The notes beneath the pieces were generated by a model. That model was not told the DNA's origin. It ran no database searches and saw only the letters and a program-made list of their open reading frames with translations. Source: Lama glama (taxonomy: Eukaryota). From it: DNA of 64,000 bases. Positions 37,881 through 49,454 of this stretch are shown piece by piece. Position 1 is the stretch's first letter, and every line of letters begins with the position of its first letter. Where the stretch lies: positions 63,986,001 to 64,050,000 of the forward strand of contig CM052816.1 in NCBI GenBank assembly GCA_028534125.1. Reading direction: 5' to 3'. Position numbers and translations under genes: made by a program.

Positions 37881-38129
37881 GCTGTGGACCCTGCTGAGGC
37901 CACTGTCTTAGGACACCACTGGCTTGCATTCACTGTGACAGTTATATTCCCTCTTTCCCTTTCTTTGTCTCTGTCTCTCCCTTTCGCCTCTCCCCCTCCC
38001 GCCCCTGCTTCCTATGCACATACACGTTTTCTTCATGATAGAATGAATAAAGCCACACACAGGAAAATGCTGGACACAAAGAAAAGAAGACACACATAAA
38101 AAAGCACATGCCCTGTCCAGGCTCACATT

Positions 38130-38872
38130 CGTTTCTTTCATGCCTTCTTCAGAAATTCTTCTCTGCAGCTGCCACTTCCCGTTCTTGTATCAAGACATCT
38201 TCCATCCTGGTTTGATCCAACCAGCACAAGCCCAGGGCTTCTTGGCACAGCCTGCAGGCATGTTTCCCTTGTGAACCTGTGCTGCATTGTTTCACGGGTT
38301 GCCTACAGGGCAGTACAGGCTGGGTGGCAGCCCTCCTCAAAGCTCTGGGTCCCGTTCTGCAGGGTCTCTCCTCCAAGCCCCTGAGGCACCAGAAGCAGCT
38401 GGATAGAGCCCTCTCCTCAGAGTTCTGGGTCCCAGCTCTTTGTGGTTCCTCCTCCAAGCTGAGGTTCCAAGCCAGTCAGGCGGCACTCTTCCTCGAAGCT
38501 TCCATGTGCCGATGACCCCAGCCTCTTGCCCGTTTCCCCAGCCCTTCTGGGGGTAGCTGCTCCCTGCAGTTACCTGTCAGATACTTCAGGGTTCGTTTTT
38601 TGCTCTTTCAGTCTGCTAATACCAGTTTAATTAACTCCCTTTATTAAATTCTCTCTGTTAAAATAACTAGGGTGATCAACCTTCTACCTGAATAGCATTT
38701 ATATAATCAAAAGACTTTCTGGAGTGTATTAAGTTTTTGTTTCATTGGTTAGTTTTATTGTATTTAATTTAAATTAAAATTCACTGAATTTTTTCCAATT
38801 ATGCTTCAATTTTGCAATTATTAAAAAACATGGTGGTTTCTGTTTTCCTGATTGGACTCCTATATTGATATA
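38130..38872 (+). mobile_element. LTR41-like ERVL solo LTR
   Basis: Internal repeat CTCCTCA(A/G)AG(C/T)TCTGGGTCCC...CTCCTCCAAGC occurs twice; TCCCTTTATTAAATTCTCTCTGTTAAAATAAC; terminus TGGTTTCTGTTTTCCTGATTGGACTCC...TGATATA. The 5' boundary is approximate. Confidence 0.65.
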
Positions 38873-40009
38873 GGAAGAAGGCTATTAGGAAAATGTGTGT
38901 CAGGTTGAATCTGCTAGTGAAGACCCTTTTCTTGGTAGTTTGACGGAGGACCCATCTCCTCCTCAGCTGGGGTGGGGAGAAGAAACTTCCATCCAACATG
39001 TTCAAATGACAATCCTCAAGGAACTGTGTTCAAGGCCTAATTGAAAGCTACCATGCACGAGGCTTTCCAGGTTACCAACAATTTCTTAAATTCTGAGGGT
39101 TTTAGGTACAGATGAACAGTCGGGGAACACATGTCTTTTAAAAAGCCAAGGATTCTAGACTACCTGAAGGAGGGTCTTGGCAAGGGAAATAAGAGCCAAC
39201 TGGAGAAGAGAATGCAGTAGAACAAATGTACAGAAGGAGTTAAGCAACCTAACTGTTTTATAAAGACCAAAGGGAGGCCACCACATTCTCAGTCGGGAAG
39301 GGAGGGTCTATTAAAATCACAGGTGGTTGCAATAACCATACATCCATTCAGTGCTGAATTTCCATTCCCTATCTCCTTACTTCGGGAGCAATTAGTCTCG
39401 GGTGAAAAACTGCACTTGCAGCTAATTGCACCTGCAATTACCTACTTCCGGGTGCAATTAGCCACTTGAACCTAATTCTGAGTGTGCAAGTGTTTAATTT
39501 CATATGTGCAGAGGTGATTCCAGATACAGTTAGTTGTGCCCTCAGTCTTTGCACCTGCAACTAATTGTGACTAATAAAACAAGTCTTCATGTAAGTCAGG
39601 TTGAGGGCACATATGGTGGACTCTGGGGAACCAAGAATTCGATCACTGATAAGATACAAGTGTACTAGAGGGGACAAAGGGACAAACTATTAGAACTTGT
39701 CATTCTTTGGATCTATGGTCATTATCCATGTCCCCTTCCTACAGCTTGTTCCTCCCAGACCATATAATATGAAGTCAGCAGATGAGAGGTCTGAGTTGGA
39801 AAAGATAACAGAGCAACTCTTCTACTGACATTGAGGAATGTCCATAAGGCATAAGTTAAAATTACATTCCAGCCAATTTCCCATTATTTGGGTCAACTCT
39901 GATGAGGCTGTCCAAGACACTTAGGTAATAGACATGTACTGAAATCCTACTATGTGCTTAGTCATAAAGTGAATCTAGAGATTACCAGTCATGGCTTCTG
40001 CCTTCAATT

Positions 40010-40430
40010 TATGTCAGTTCTGTAAATATTTATTGAGTAACTACTATCTGCTTGACATGTCAAAGTGCTCATGGGTTTATTCAGTAAATCCATTTATTCT
40101 GTCATTCTACAAATAGGATTTATTTCCATCTTGGAATCCACATTCAAGTGGGGAAAACAGATGTTAAATAACTACTGACACAATTAATGTCTTCATTATA
40201 GGGGCTGTGAGAGTGTATGACTGGGACCTGCCCTCGGCTGAGAGTTCAAGTTAGGCTTCTCCAAAGAATTGATGATTGAGCTCAGATTTGACAGATGACT
40301 AAGAGTTACATAGGCAAGGGGCTAGGGGATAGAGTTCCAGGTAAAGGGAATGAAATTGCAAAGGCTCTGAGGCAGGAAGGAACATGACATTAAGAAATGG
40401 AAAGAAGGCCAGAGCGAGTGGAGCAGGGTC
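40010..40430 (-). mobile_element. L2 LINE 3' fragment
   Basis: TAAATATTTATTGAGTAACTACTATCTGC...AGGCTTCTCCAAAGAATTGATGATTGAGCTCAGATTTGA...TGCAAAGGCTCTGAGGCAGGAAGGAACATG. Confidence 0.8.
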
Positions 40431-40509
40431 AGGGTGTGGGGGCACGAGGTCTATGTGATGAGTGAGATTCTTCAAAGCACCGAAAAACGTGCCCCGTGAA
40501 AGAACTGAC

Positions 40510-40900
40510 TATGGTCCCTACCGGAAAGGAGGGCAGTGTGCCGCCTCTCAGCGTCAGCCTAGAGGGAATGGTGTTGTGAGACACATTTGTTTGCCCCTCT
40601 TCCTCTAATCTCACCAGTACCAACTGGACCCTAGAAGAACCAGAAGAGAAATGAGGCAGAAAAAGGGTAACACTGCACGTCAACCCCTCCCTCCCAACTG
40701 CACATCCCGAGCTTAAGCTTAGGTAAGTAACTTCGACTTGGAGAGGAGCCTGAAGTGTTACATTAGACTGGTCTGGACTTTAATATTTGAAAAATCTCAT
40801 TCTCAAAAATGAGGCAGTTCTAATTGTTAAAAGTAATCCAGAAAGCTATGGAGTCTTAAGATGTCTCTAAAGGATGGGTTAATTGAGTCCCACTTGAGAA
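40510..40900. mobile_element. Ancient LTR fragment (MamGypLTR/LTR78-like)
   Basis: ATTAGACTGGTCTGGACTTTAAT...AAAGTAATCCAGAAAGCTATGG resembles recalled old mammalian LTR consensus. Confidence 0.35.
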
Positions 40901-41679
40901 GATCTGAAGGTTGAATGGAAGGGACATCCAGCCTCTTTGTGACTGCACTCAACTGAGGTCTGAGAAGGCAGGGAAGGTTCCACAAAGATAAGAAGGACTG
41001 ATAGGCTCTGGTAGAGAGGAGGCCTGTCACTGCAGGAGAATGGTGTGAACACAGAGGACAGAGTCCATTCTCTGTTGGCTGGGAAGCCTCAAGAAGTTGG
41101 GCGTGGCTAGAATGGATGGTCTGAGGGGTGAGCAGTAGTGTTGGATTAACATGGGGTAAAGTCACATGGAGGGAAAACTTGAAGGCTGGTCAATAGGAGT
41201 AAGGGGTCTCTAGCATCAAACGCAGCTTCTCTTCCAAACTCTTACCAAGCAGTAAAATGACTTAAACTAGAGGGGGTTTCATTTAGGCGAGTTCCCTTCC
41301 AGGGCTGAAATTATGACTTTCTCCCCCTATTTCCCGGTAGGATGGTAAGAAGCCACACTGTGAAGACATTTCCTCCCCATCCTGACCCCTCCCCCAGCAT
41401 TCCTGGCCAAGAGGGAACATGTGCCATGCAGGTCTTCAAGGATATGAGGAGAGGAGGAGGGACCCCTCTTTTCCTCCCTTCTCTCTATGGCCAAGACTGG
41501 CTCGGTGCTGCCTGGTTCACCTACTCCTCCCTCAGCACACAGGAAGGGTCATGCACCTGGATCCTAGACAGGCAGCCAGTGCAGACCTGGCCCCTCAAAT
41601 ATTCAAGGCATCCTTTCACTCATTCTCCCCTTCCAGCTCTTGAGACTAGAAATAAAGGACTTCGAGATGGGAGACATGT

Positions 41680-41822
41680 GATGGCAAGAATCTGCTTCCC
41701 TGCTCAGATAGGAGGCATCAGACCCACACCAGACCATAACACAACAGTGCTGGGTTAAGCCACTGAGATGTGGGGTTACTCATGACTGTAAAATGTTGTA
41801 GCCTAGTCTCCCTTGACAAAGC
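41680..41822 (+). mobile_element. MLT1-family LTR 3' end
   Basis: GTTAAGCCACTGAGATGTGGGGTTACT...TAGCCTAGTCTCCCTTGACAAA. Confidence 0.5.
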
Positions 41823-41954
41823 TGCACACACCAAACCCCAACATCCCACACCCTCGTTTCCCTCCCTTCTGCCCCCTTCTCACAACACCTTTGGCCTCAT
41901 TCATTTCCATGCAGCAAAGTATTCCTAGCTCTAGAGGTGGGGGAAGAACCACAA

Positions 41955-42297
41955 AGAAAATTCAGGCCTTTCTCTCCCTGGAGCATGAACGCTATCGCAC
42001 TCCCGGGCCATGGCCTTGGCTGGCCCCCTTCCTGGAATGTTCCTCCTCCAGGTGTTCACGTCGGGGGCTTCTCCTCAGCCGAAATGACCCTTTTTCAGGA
42101 AGGCTAGGGGCACCTGCCTAACTTACCATCACAACACTCTCCTTTACTGCTTCAGGCATTTATCAGTCTGTGAAATTATCTTTATTTGTTTATTGTCTTT
42201 CTCCTCCTCAGATGTCATCTCCATGAGAACTAGGTCTATGTTATTTCTTTAATGCCAATAAATAGGTGTGGAGTGAATGAATGAATGAACGAATGAT
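41955..42297 (+). mobile_element. L2 3' end
   Basis: CCCCTTCCTGGAATGTTCCTCC...TTATTTGTTTATTGTCTTTCTCC...CTCCATGAGAAC...GAATGAATGAATGAACGAATGA tail. Confidence 0.75.
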
Positions 42298-44547
42298 ATA
42301 AAGATCCACACTGTGGGGTTAGCTCATTCCGCTTCCTTTACAAATGGGGAAATGGAGCCCTTTTCCCTAAAAAGAGGAAACAGAGAAGCAGCTAATGCAG
42401 CTCTACCATGCTAGCTGTTTCTGGAGTGCTAAACTTGGATGTGATTTATTCAAATGAAGACTCTGGGGGAATTGTTTCGGAGGGATCATAAAACAAATGT
42501 CATTTTCACCTGGAGAATTCACCCAACCTTCTAACCAATTTCAAATATAGTTCTTTAATGCAGATTTGACAAATTTGAAATCTCTTACACAAAGCCATTT
42601 ATCATCAAATGTGTGCCTGCCCTGCACCACAGTTTAAGTTATAGCTTTTTAATGGGGTAAAACATTTCTATAAAATCATCAAAATACCTTAAACCAAAAC
42701 TGCCTGTAAGAAATAGATGAGTTTCAAGCATTGATTCAACCCCGAAAACGTCAACCTTGCCATTGGCACCGTGGGCACTTCTAATAAAAGCAGCTAAGGA
42801 GGTATAATGAATATCCAATGAACCATTTTGTATGTCTATGTGGTTTCTCGAATTGGAAATAAATCAATGAGCCTTACAAAATGCATATTTTAGTGGTATA
42901 TTCATAAACAATAATCTTGTTCTTCTATCATGACTCGAGTGTCATTCTTTTTATAACACAACTGAAGATTTAATAATTTATTTTATATATACATGACCCA
43001 GAGCTTAAAGGGGGAGGGCAACCTAGTGCATGTTTGATTTTTAAAACATCCTTGTGTGTGGAAGCTATGTGAATCATAAAGGTAAAACCAAAGCACTCAC
43101 AATCTAGTAGTAAGCATGGGGACATGTGAAACTGGTAAACAACGTAGAAACTTCCAAGAATACAATACCAGAAGGCAGCCTGGACTGAGTGCCGTGGGCT
43201 AGTGAATGAAACAGACGGCATGAATCCTGCTTTGCAGGCACCTCTTGGCCGGCTCAGCCAGGGCAGCAGTCTCACTGGATTGAAACAAGTTCCTCCAGCA
43301 ACAGTGTGGTGTGTTCCCCTGAAGAACCGCCCCCCGACCCACCACCACCTCGACGCTGCCAAAGGTTCAGCTGGGCTGTCCCCCCGCCCCCACCGCCACT
43401 TCCTCAGCTGGAAATGGGTGAGTTGCTGTCCCTCCCATTGGCATGGGCTCAAACCCTGTGATCCAAAGCTGCCTCTCTATCTCAGCAACTTCCCTTCCAG
43501 AGGCCAAATATAACCAGCCCTTTCCTGGCTCACAAAAATTCCAATCAGACGGCTGCACAGGGACAACCGGCCAAAGAACGTCTCCCCAGCCCACAGCCAG
43601 AAACAACAGCCACTTGGTGAGTATGGGCTAGAATTCTTTTTTTCCTGTTGTTGGGGTTTTGTTTGGAGGCATTTTTGTTTTGGTTTTGGATTGTTTTGTC
43701 TTTGTCATTTGGAAGTAAATGGAGTAACCGAAGAAGTTACTATGTCAACATCCCTTGTTAGACCCCTGGGTTTCAATCTCGTTGTGGGGGGTCAGGACCA
43801 GAAAGGTATTCATCTCTTCCACCTCCCCAGTCACCCATATAGAAGGACAGTCTAGTAAGTGCATCCGCCCTACTCTGTCCAGCAGTGCCTCCTGCATAGC
43901 CATCATCACACGGGGACCGACCACTAGAAAGCCTTTTCTCCTCAGTCCAGCTGGAGTGACTGGAAGAGGCTCATCTCTGGGGCTGGATGGGGTCATTCCC
44001 ATGTTTATACCCATGATGCACCCGGGCAGCCAGCAGGCCGTGGGCCCCAGAGCTGTCAGTTCTGTGCCCTCCGCAAGTACGAAAATGACTTAAATTATTA
44101 ATTTATTTCTTTAAAAGTACACAGTTTTCAACAGCTACCAAGCCCACTTTTGATCTGCCTCCTGACACACAAGGCTCTTGTCAACCAGGTTCTCTGCCGG
44201 CCAACAGACACATCTTGTTAAATCTTACCTAGCGGGTGACACTAAATGGAACTGTGCTAAGGAGATCCAGGCTGGGAAAGGTGAATGTCTCCACTGTGCC
44301 CTATTTCCAAATGCAATGAATAATAAGCAATTGTGCAAAACTATAGCCTTCAATTGTTGGAACACCTTTGTTCTTTTGTTCTTCAAAGGCAGAATGTTTT
44401 CCGGCATGTTGCTACCTGAGGAAAAAAACACCCCCTTAATTTATATATGTGCATGCATATCACACAGATACATCTCATTTCTTGTCGCATTGCATGCTGT
44501 CCCAGGACCAATAAATAATTTATGTATTTAATGCATTTATCAGCTCT

Positions 44548-44549
<2 letters not shown>

Positions 44550-44582
<33 letters not shown>

Positions 44583-44611
44583 GTGCGCGCACATGCGCGT
44601 ATGTGTACGTA
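44550..44611. repeat. (TG)14 microsatellite plus alternating purine-pyrimidine extension
   Basis: Directly visible. Confidence 0.9.
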
Positions 44612-45285
44612 GACATATTTTATGCACCCGTGTCAAACATGTCTTCTATATTAACAGAAAGCCAGCAACCTCTCGGGTGTTTCTCCACCATGAAATCAAC
44701 TTTGCATCTTATGCATCAAATAAGTGAAAAGTGATAACAGGTCCCTGTTCTTTACACAAAGCTAAGCACTTGTTTACACCAGAAAGGGAGCTGTACTAGG
44801 CATTTCATCTTGTGTGTTTTCTAAGATTGCTCCCCTCCCTTATTCTTTTCTAAGGAAGGTCTCTATTACTCCAGGGCCATGTAGACTGTAGAGGGAAAAT
44901 GGCTCCTAAGTTTCAACTTGTTCTATTTGGGTTGCCTTTTCTTTGCTTCCCCCTCAGAATATTTCTCATGATTGTCATCAAGAACAGCTTCTGAAAACCC
45001 AGCAGTGTCAAGTGTGGTAACAGGTGTGTGTGTTTGGCAGTCCTCACCTCCACTGCTATCCATGGGCTCCAACTTGGTCATCATTCACACCCTCGTGGCA
45101 GCAGTGTCTTGGGGTGCTACCAGCAAGATGACAAGCAGCAAGAATAAGCACGAGGGTAGCAGCTGCAGTGGGGCAAAGTCAGGTGACTGCACCTGGCTAA
45201 TGATGCCTTTCTGCTCCAGCCGCCTCTCTCCACCCTCCTTTCTCAACTGGCTTTTGTGTTTCTTGGATGCCATGAAAGAATCACC

Positions 45286-45471
45286 AGAATGATACAGTCT
45301 GAGAGCAAGAGATCTCAGAAACATCTAGTTCAACCTGCTCATTTTAAAGATAAGGAAATCGGAGCCCAGAGCAGTTAAGTTCCTTGGCCAAGCTCGGGCA
45401 GGTGGTTGCTGGCAGAGTAATGACACGAATCAATTAACTGAACCTACTCTAATGGTCTTTCCACCATTCCA
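45286..45471 (-). mobile_element. MIR3/MIR fragment
   Basis: CATCTAGTTCAACCTGCTCATTTTAAAGATAAGGAAATCGGAGCCCAGAGCAGTTAAG. Confidence 0.7.
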
Positions 45472-45646
45472 CTGTGGCTTTCAAACAATTGTTAGCACAA
45501 TCCACTGTATGGAATAGATTTTACATCATGACCCACAATATCTGTACATGTATACAACTGACACAAAAGTCTCACAAAACAATAATTATCTTAACTGTAT
45601 GTGACACACTGTGGTATTTTCAATTGTAGTACATTCATTTTTAAAA
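45472..45646. mobile_element. Truncated hAT-Charlie MITE
   Basis: CTGTGGCTTTCAAAC...ATTTTACATCATGACCCA...AACTGACACAAAAGTCTCACAAAACAATA...TGTGACACACTGTGGTATTTTC. The second TIR is missing. Confidence 0.6.
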
Positions 45647-45657
45647 GATTCTGGAGA

Positions 45658-45742
45658 TTGCTTGGCAGCGTGTATACTAAAACACAGAGAAGACTAACAT
45701 GGCCCCCACACAAGGATAACATGCAAATTTCCCCCATATTTT
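45658..45742 (+). pseudogene. U6 snRNA retropseudogene (decayed, two internal deletions)
   Basis: GCTTGGCAGCGTGTATACTAAAA-CACAGAGAAGACTAACATGGCCCCCACACAAGGATAACATGCAAATTT-CCCCCATATTTT aligns with U6, including the ACAGAGA box and 3' CCATATTTT. The TTGGAACGA and GTGAAGCGT segments are absent. No obvious upstream PSE/TATA. Confidence 0.85.
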
Positions 45743-45959
45743 CTTCACATTTACCAAATGTTCCCTTTCCAGGGATAATATTTATAGGTACACAGTCAAA
45801 TAATTTGCATTTTTCCTAATTAGATACATCTACTGAATGTCTAGGAAGGTGGGGTTGAATTAGAGACAGAGAGGGGTTCCTTCCAGCTCTAACCTGTCAG
45901 GCATCCAATCAGGAGTGATCTTACTGTCCGATCTGTCCTTAATTCTGAAAGACAGAATG

Positions 45960-46125
45960 ATCTAGTAGAGAGAACACTGGGTCTAGTCCTGGCTCCACCA
46001 TCTTCCAAGTGTGACTTGGGGTGAATTTTCTCTGGGTTCTGCTATCTCACTGCAAGAGCAAGCTGTTGTTAACTGACAGAGTTCTGAGAAATGAACAAAA
46101 TAATGCAAATGAATGCAATAAGAAG
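45960..46125 (+). mobile_element. MIR fragment
   Basis: GGGTCTAGTCCTGGCTCCACCA...GTGTGACTTGGGGTGAATTTTCTCTGGGTTC. Confidence 0.55.
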
Positions 46126-47389
46126 CTCTATTCACAAGACTGGTCCTGGAACAGCAATGGTCTTAAATTCTCACATTTCAGAGAAATATGGTGTCTCAAG
46201 ATGTTTCTGGATTCTCATCAAAACACCTGCATAATGTATTATGAATAAATTTGGCATAATAAAGAAAAACTATATTTTGGAACTGACTCAGTTTTAAATG
46301 CATTTGTGGGTGTTTAGAGAGGACAGGTTGACCTTAAATCTTGAAGAGATTCAGCCTCAGAAAAGCAGAAGTCATTGAGGTCAAAGATGACTCCATGCTC
46401 TTGAAAGGGAAAGATGGTCAGTCACAAATTGAAAAACATATTCAAGAAAGGTTGCTGTTAGTGAGTATGAAGAGGAATAACTGAATGAACCTATGGTAAT
46501 ACGTTCAGCTACAACAGCCATGCTGAAGGCTGGTGGGGCAAGTGAGGTAGAGAGAATAAGAAGAAAGAGTTCCAGGTATACTCGGAGCTGCCCCGGCTGC
46601 TTTTGAAGAAGTTATCTCTCTAGGAGATGGTTAGGCTTGGTTTCAGTGGTTTCCAGCTTTGGATTCACTAAATCCAATAAAGATTGTTAAAACTGATACA
46701 GAAACTATTTGTGAAAATATTCAAAATGTCTGCAGTGACCTTGCCAAGAGTCAGTTAGAAGGATCCGTGACAGCTGAAGCGTTAGGCAAAGCCATTCAGA
46801 AGCTGGTTGTGAAGCTGTGCTGGGAGATATGACAGCCCTGGCACCGCCAGTTACCAAGGGCTGCTTCGTGGCTGCTACTGCCGTGGGAAACAAAGCAGAA
46901 GTTGTCACAAAGATCCTGCAGAGGAGGAGGACCGGGGCGTGGGCAGAGTGGGCGAAGGTGGCGTGGAGGTGGCCTGTTCTAATTCCTAAAATAGTGCGTT
47001 ATCACTATTAATGAGCTGTTACAGGAAGTCAGAGCTGTGTTTCTCACCAATAACCTCAGAGAAATCACTTGGGGGGAAAAAAAGACCAAAGAAAAGGTTA
47101 TCGGTTTCAATTAGGGGGTTTCAGGTAACAAAGTGCATGATGGTTTACGGCTGACACTGCACGCCCACATAGAACACGTTTTGTGTTTTTGAATAAAAAG
47201 ACACTTGCATGTTCCTTTAAAAAGAAAAAGTCAGCTATGCTTACGAAATTTATTCCACAACCCACCATCCGCGGTGGGGAAGGGTGAGCCTTGAGCGCAG
47301 GCGGTGCTCCCTCTACCCTCCAGGCTCACCTCCAGCCTGTTCTCATCCTCTCCTCCAGCACCTACTCCTAATGTGCCTCTCATCTCAGA

Positions 47390-48350
47390 GCTTTTCCAGT
47401 GCCCTCTGGAACCTCTGTTCCAAGGTGAGAACCTCCCCTCGACTTTAGCCTGGAGGTGAGGGGGCTTCCTTTCTCTTCCTGTTTCCTTTAGAGCCTGGCT
47501 CCTTCACCCACTCACTGCCCATCCCACTCCTCCCAGACGCCCTGGGCCCAGAGAGGGAGGATCGGAGTCCTGCTTACCCCTCGGGGATACCAGTGCTCTT
47601 CTGCCTTCAGGTAAATCCCTCCTTCTCTCCTTATGCCACCCGTTTACTGCCACTACCCTAGACCTCCCACTGGCATCTTAGGTGGCTCACCACCTTCTCT
47701 TCTACACCAGAGCTTGCCATCAACTCAGGCATTTTAATATCCATGTGGACAACACATCCAGTGCAGCGGCCCTCCCTCCCCGCTGTCCCCTCCCTCCCCT
47801 GGGTACAAGCCTGACTTTGGGATCACCTAGCATTGTCTCACCCGAGGTATCCTCCATCCTCTGTGCCCCATTCTTTTCATCTTCCCCCATTCTCTCAGCT
47901 CCCTCGTGGTCTGGCTTCCTTCCCCTTCCAACCTAGACTCTAGGGCCCAGAACTTCAACCACTCTTTTGACAATACTCTAAATCAAGGGTCACAAATTTA
48001 TTTTATAATGCACATCCAACAGTGAAACAAGAAAAACAATCAAGCACACATCTCTGACATTCACTCAATCATTCATTCATAAATTGCATACATTTTACTA
48101 CTGGAAGGACATTTTCTTCATTTTAAAACATACCACAAACATAGACAGGCATAAACAGTAAGATTTGAAAAGGCCAATATAGTAAGAACATCAGTATTCT
48201 CTGCGCTTTCCCAGTGGGTCATCTCACACAGCCCCTGGAGGAACACACACCCAGTTTGGGAACCACAGCTCTAACCCCCATCACTCTCTCTCCCCTCTGT
48301 CACATCCACTCTGAGAAACCAACCCTGAACCCACTCAGCCTGAGTGTCCT
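47390..48350 (+). mobile_element. L2 ORF2 endonuclease-region remnant (split by a hAT MITE)
   Basis: Pyrimidine-rich. ORF 47682-47936 contains HFNIHVDN, matching the L2/CR1 APE motif GDFNIHVD. Confidence 0.6.
47984..48268. mobile_element. hAT-Charlie MITE
   Basis: Ends CCCAGTTTGGGAACCACAG. TSD CTCTAAAT / CTCTAACC. Confidence 0.55.
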
Positions 48351-49296
48351 GTTCTCTGTGAGGTGGCGAAATGATGCTGGGGGTCCGTCTGGGTCCCAGG
48401 TAACCTCTCTGGACTCACCCTTCTCTCAGGGCAAAGTCACTGAGCACCTCAAGGGGTAAAGTCGAGCCTATTGGCAAGAAAATTTCCTTCCTCTTTGTAC
48501 CACCACCGAGGACAGTGTCTGGCACTGGCAGGTGATCCCCAGTGTTTGCTGTATTGCATTGTGCACACGTGACACCTCCATCACTCTGGCTGCATTGGTG
48601 CAAAGGCGCGAAGAGCCCACAGAGAAAGCACAATCAGTCTCAGGGTCCTAGGCGGGCACGGGCTTGGAAGCTCCGTGAGGGTCACTGGCCCCCACAGCAC
48701 CTGTCTGCTGTGACCCCAGCAACAGATGAGGCCGTCAGAAGCCAGACACCCACAGCCAACCCAACTCTAATTAGGCCCCGTGTGCCTGAAGGAGTGTAAT
48801 TAAAGCCCATTTCACATCTTGACTGTTCTAGGGGCTTGCTCTGGAGACAGGCAATAGAGCCCCTCCAGACAACCTTCTCTTTACCCGCATGCTTGGAGCA
48901 GTCTGGGCCAGGGGCACCTCCATTTCCTTCCACCTGCCCCTCACAGAAGGAGTCCTTGGCTATCAGGGGGAAGAGGTTGGCAGGAGGGGGACAAGTCTTA
49001 CAGAAGCAATAATGATGGGGACTTAAGCACTGCTGCCAGAGCCGGCACATAGGAGAGGTGACGGTGTGAGCCAAGGAGATGTGCTGTGGGCAAACTCTCC
49101 TCTCTTGCATTCTCTGCCCCACCCCCGACCCCTGCTCCCCCCTGGAGATGCATCCCTGGTACCAGTGTCTGTAGAAGGACACATGACAGCTACTGCACTT
49201 CCCAAGGTGAGGGAAAGATGATTCAGACAAAACTCCCTCACCTCCTGTCAGTTCTTCCATCTTTTTCTTCCCTTCCTAGTGCAGCATTTTGTAATC

Positions 49297-49454
49297 AGTG
49301 GTCCATGGACTGACCCCCAGCATCAGAGTCACTTACAGGCCTAATAAAAACACAGAATCCTGGTCTCAGACAGACTGAATGAGAAACTCTGCAACGGAAG
49401 CCGAGAAATCTGCACGCCAACATTGTTTTGCTCCTTGAAGTCTGAGAACCACTG
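49297..49454. mobile_element. MER5A-like MITE
   Basis: CAGTGGTCCATGGAC...CAGCATCAGAGTCAC...ACTGAATGAGAAACTCTG...GAAGTCTGAGAACCACTG. Confidence 0.7.

Noticed and set aside
45658..45742. Functional U6 snRNA gene
   Set aside because: Internal deletions, CpG decay and TE-derived upstream sequence without an evident PSE/TATA.
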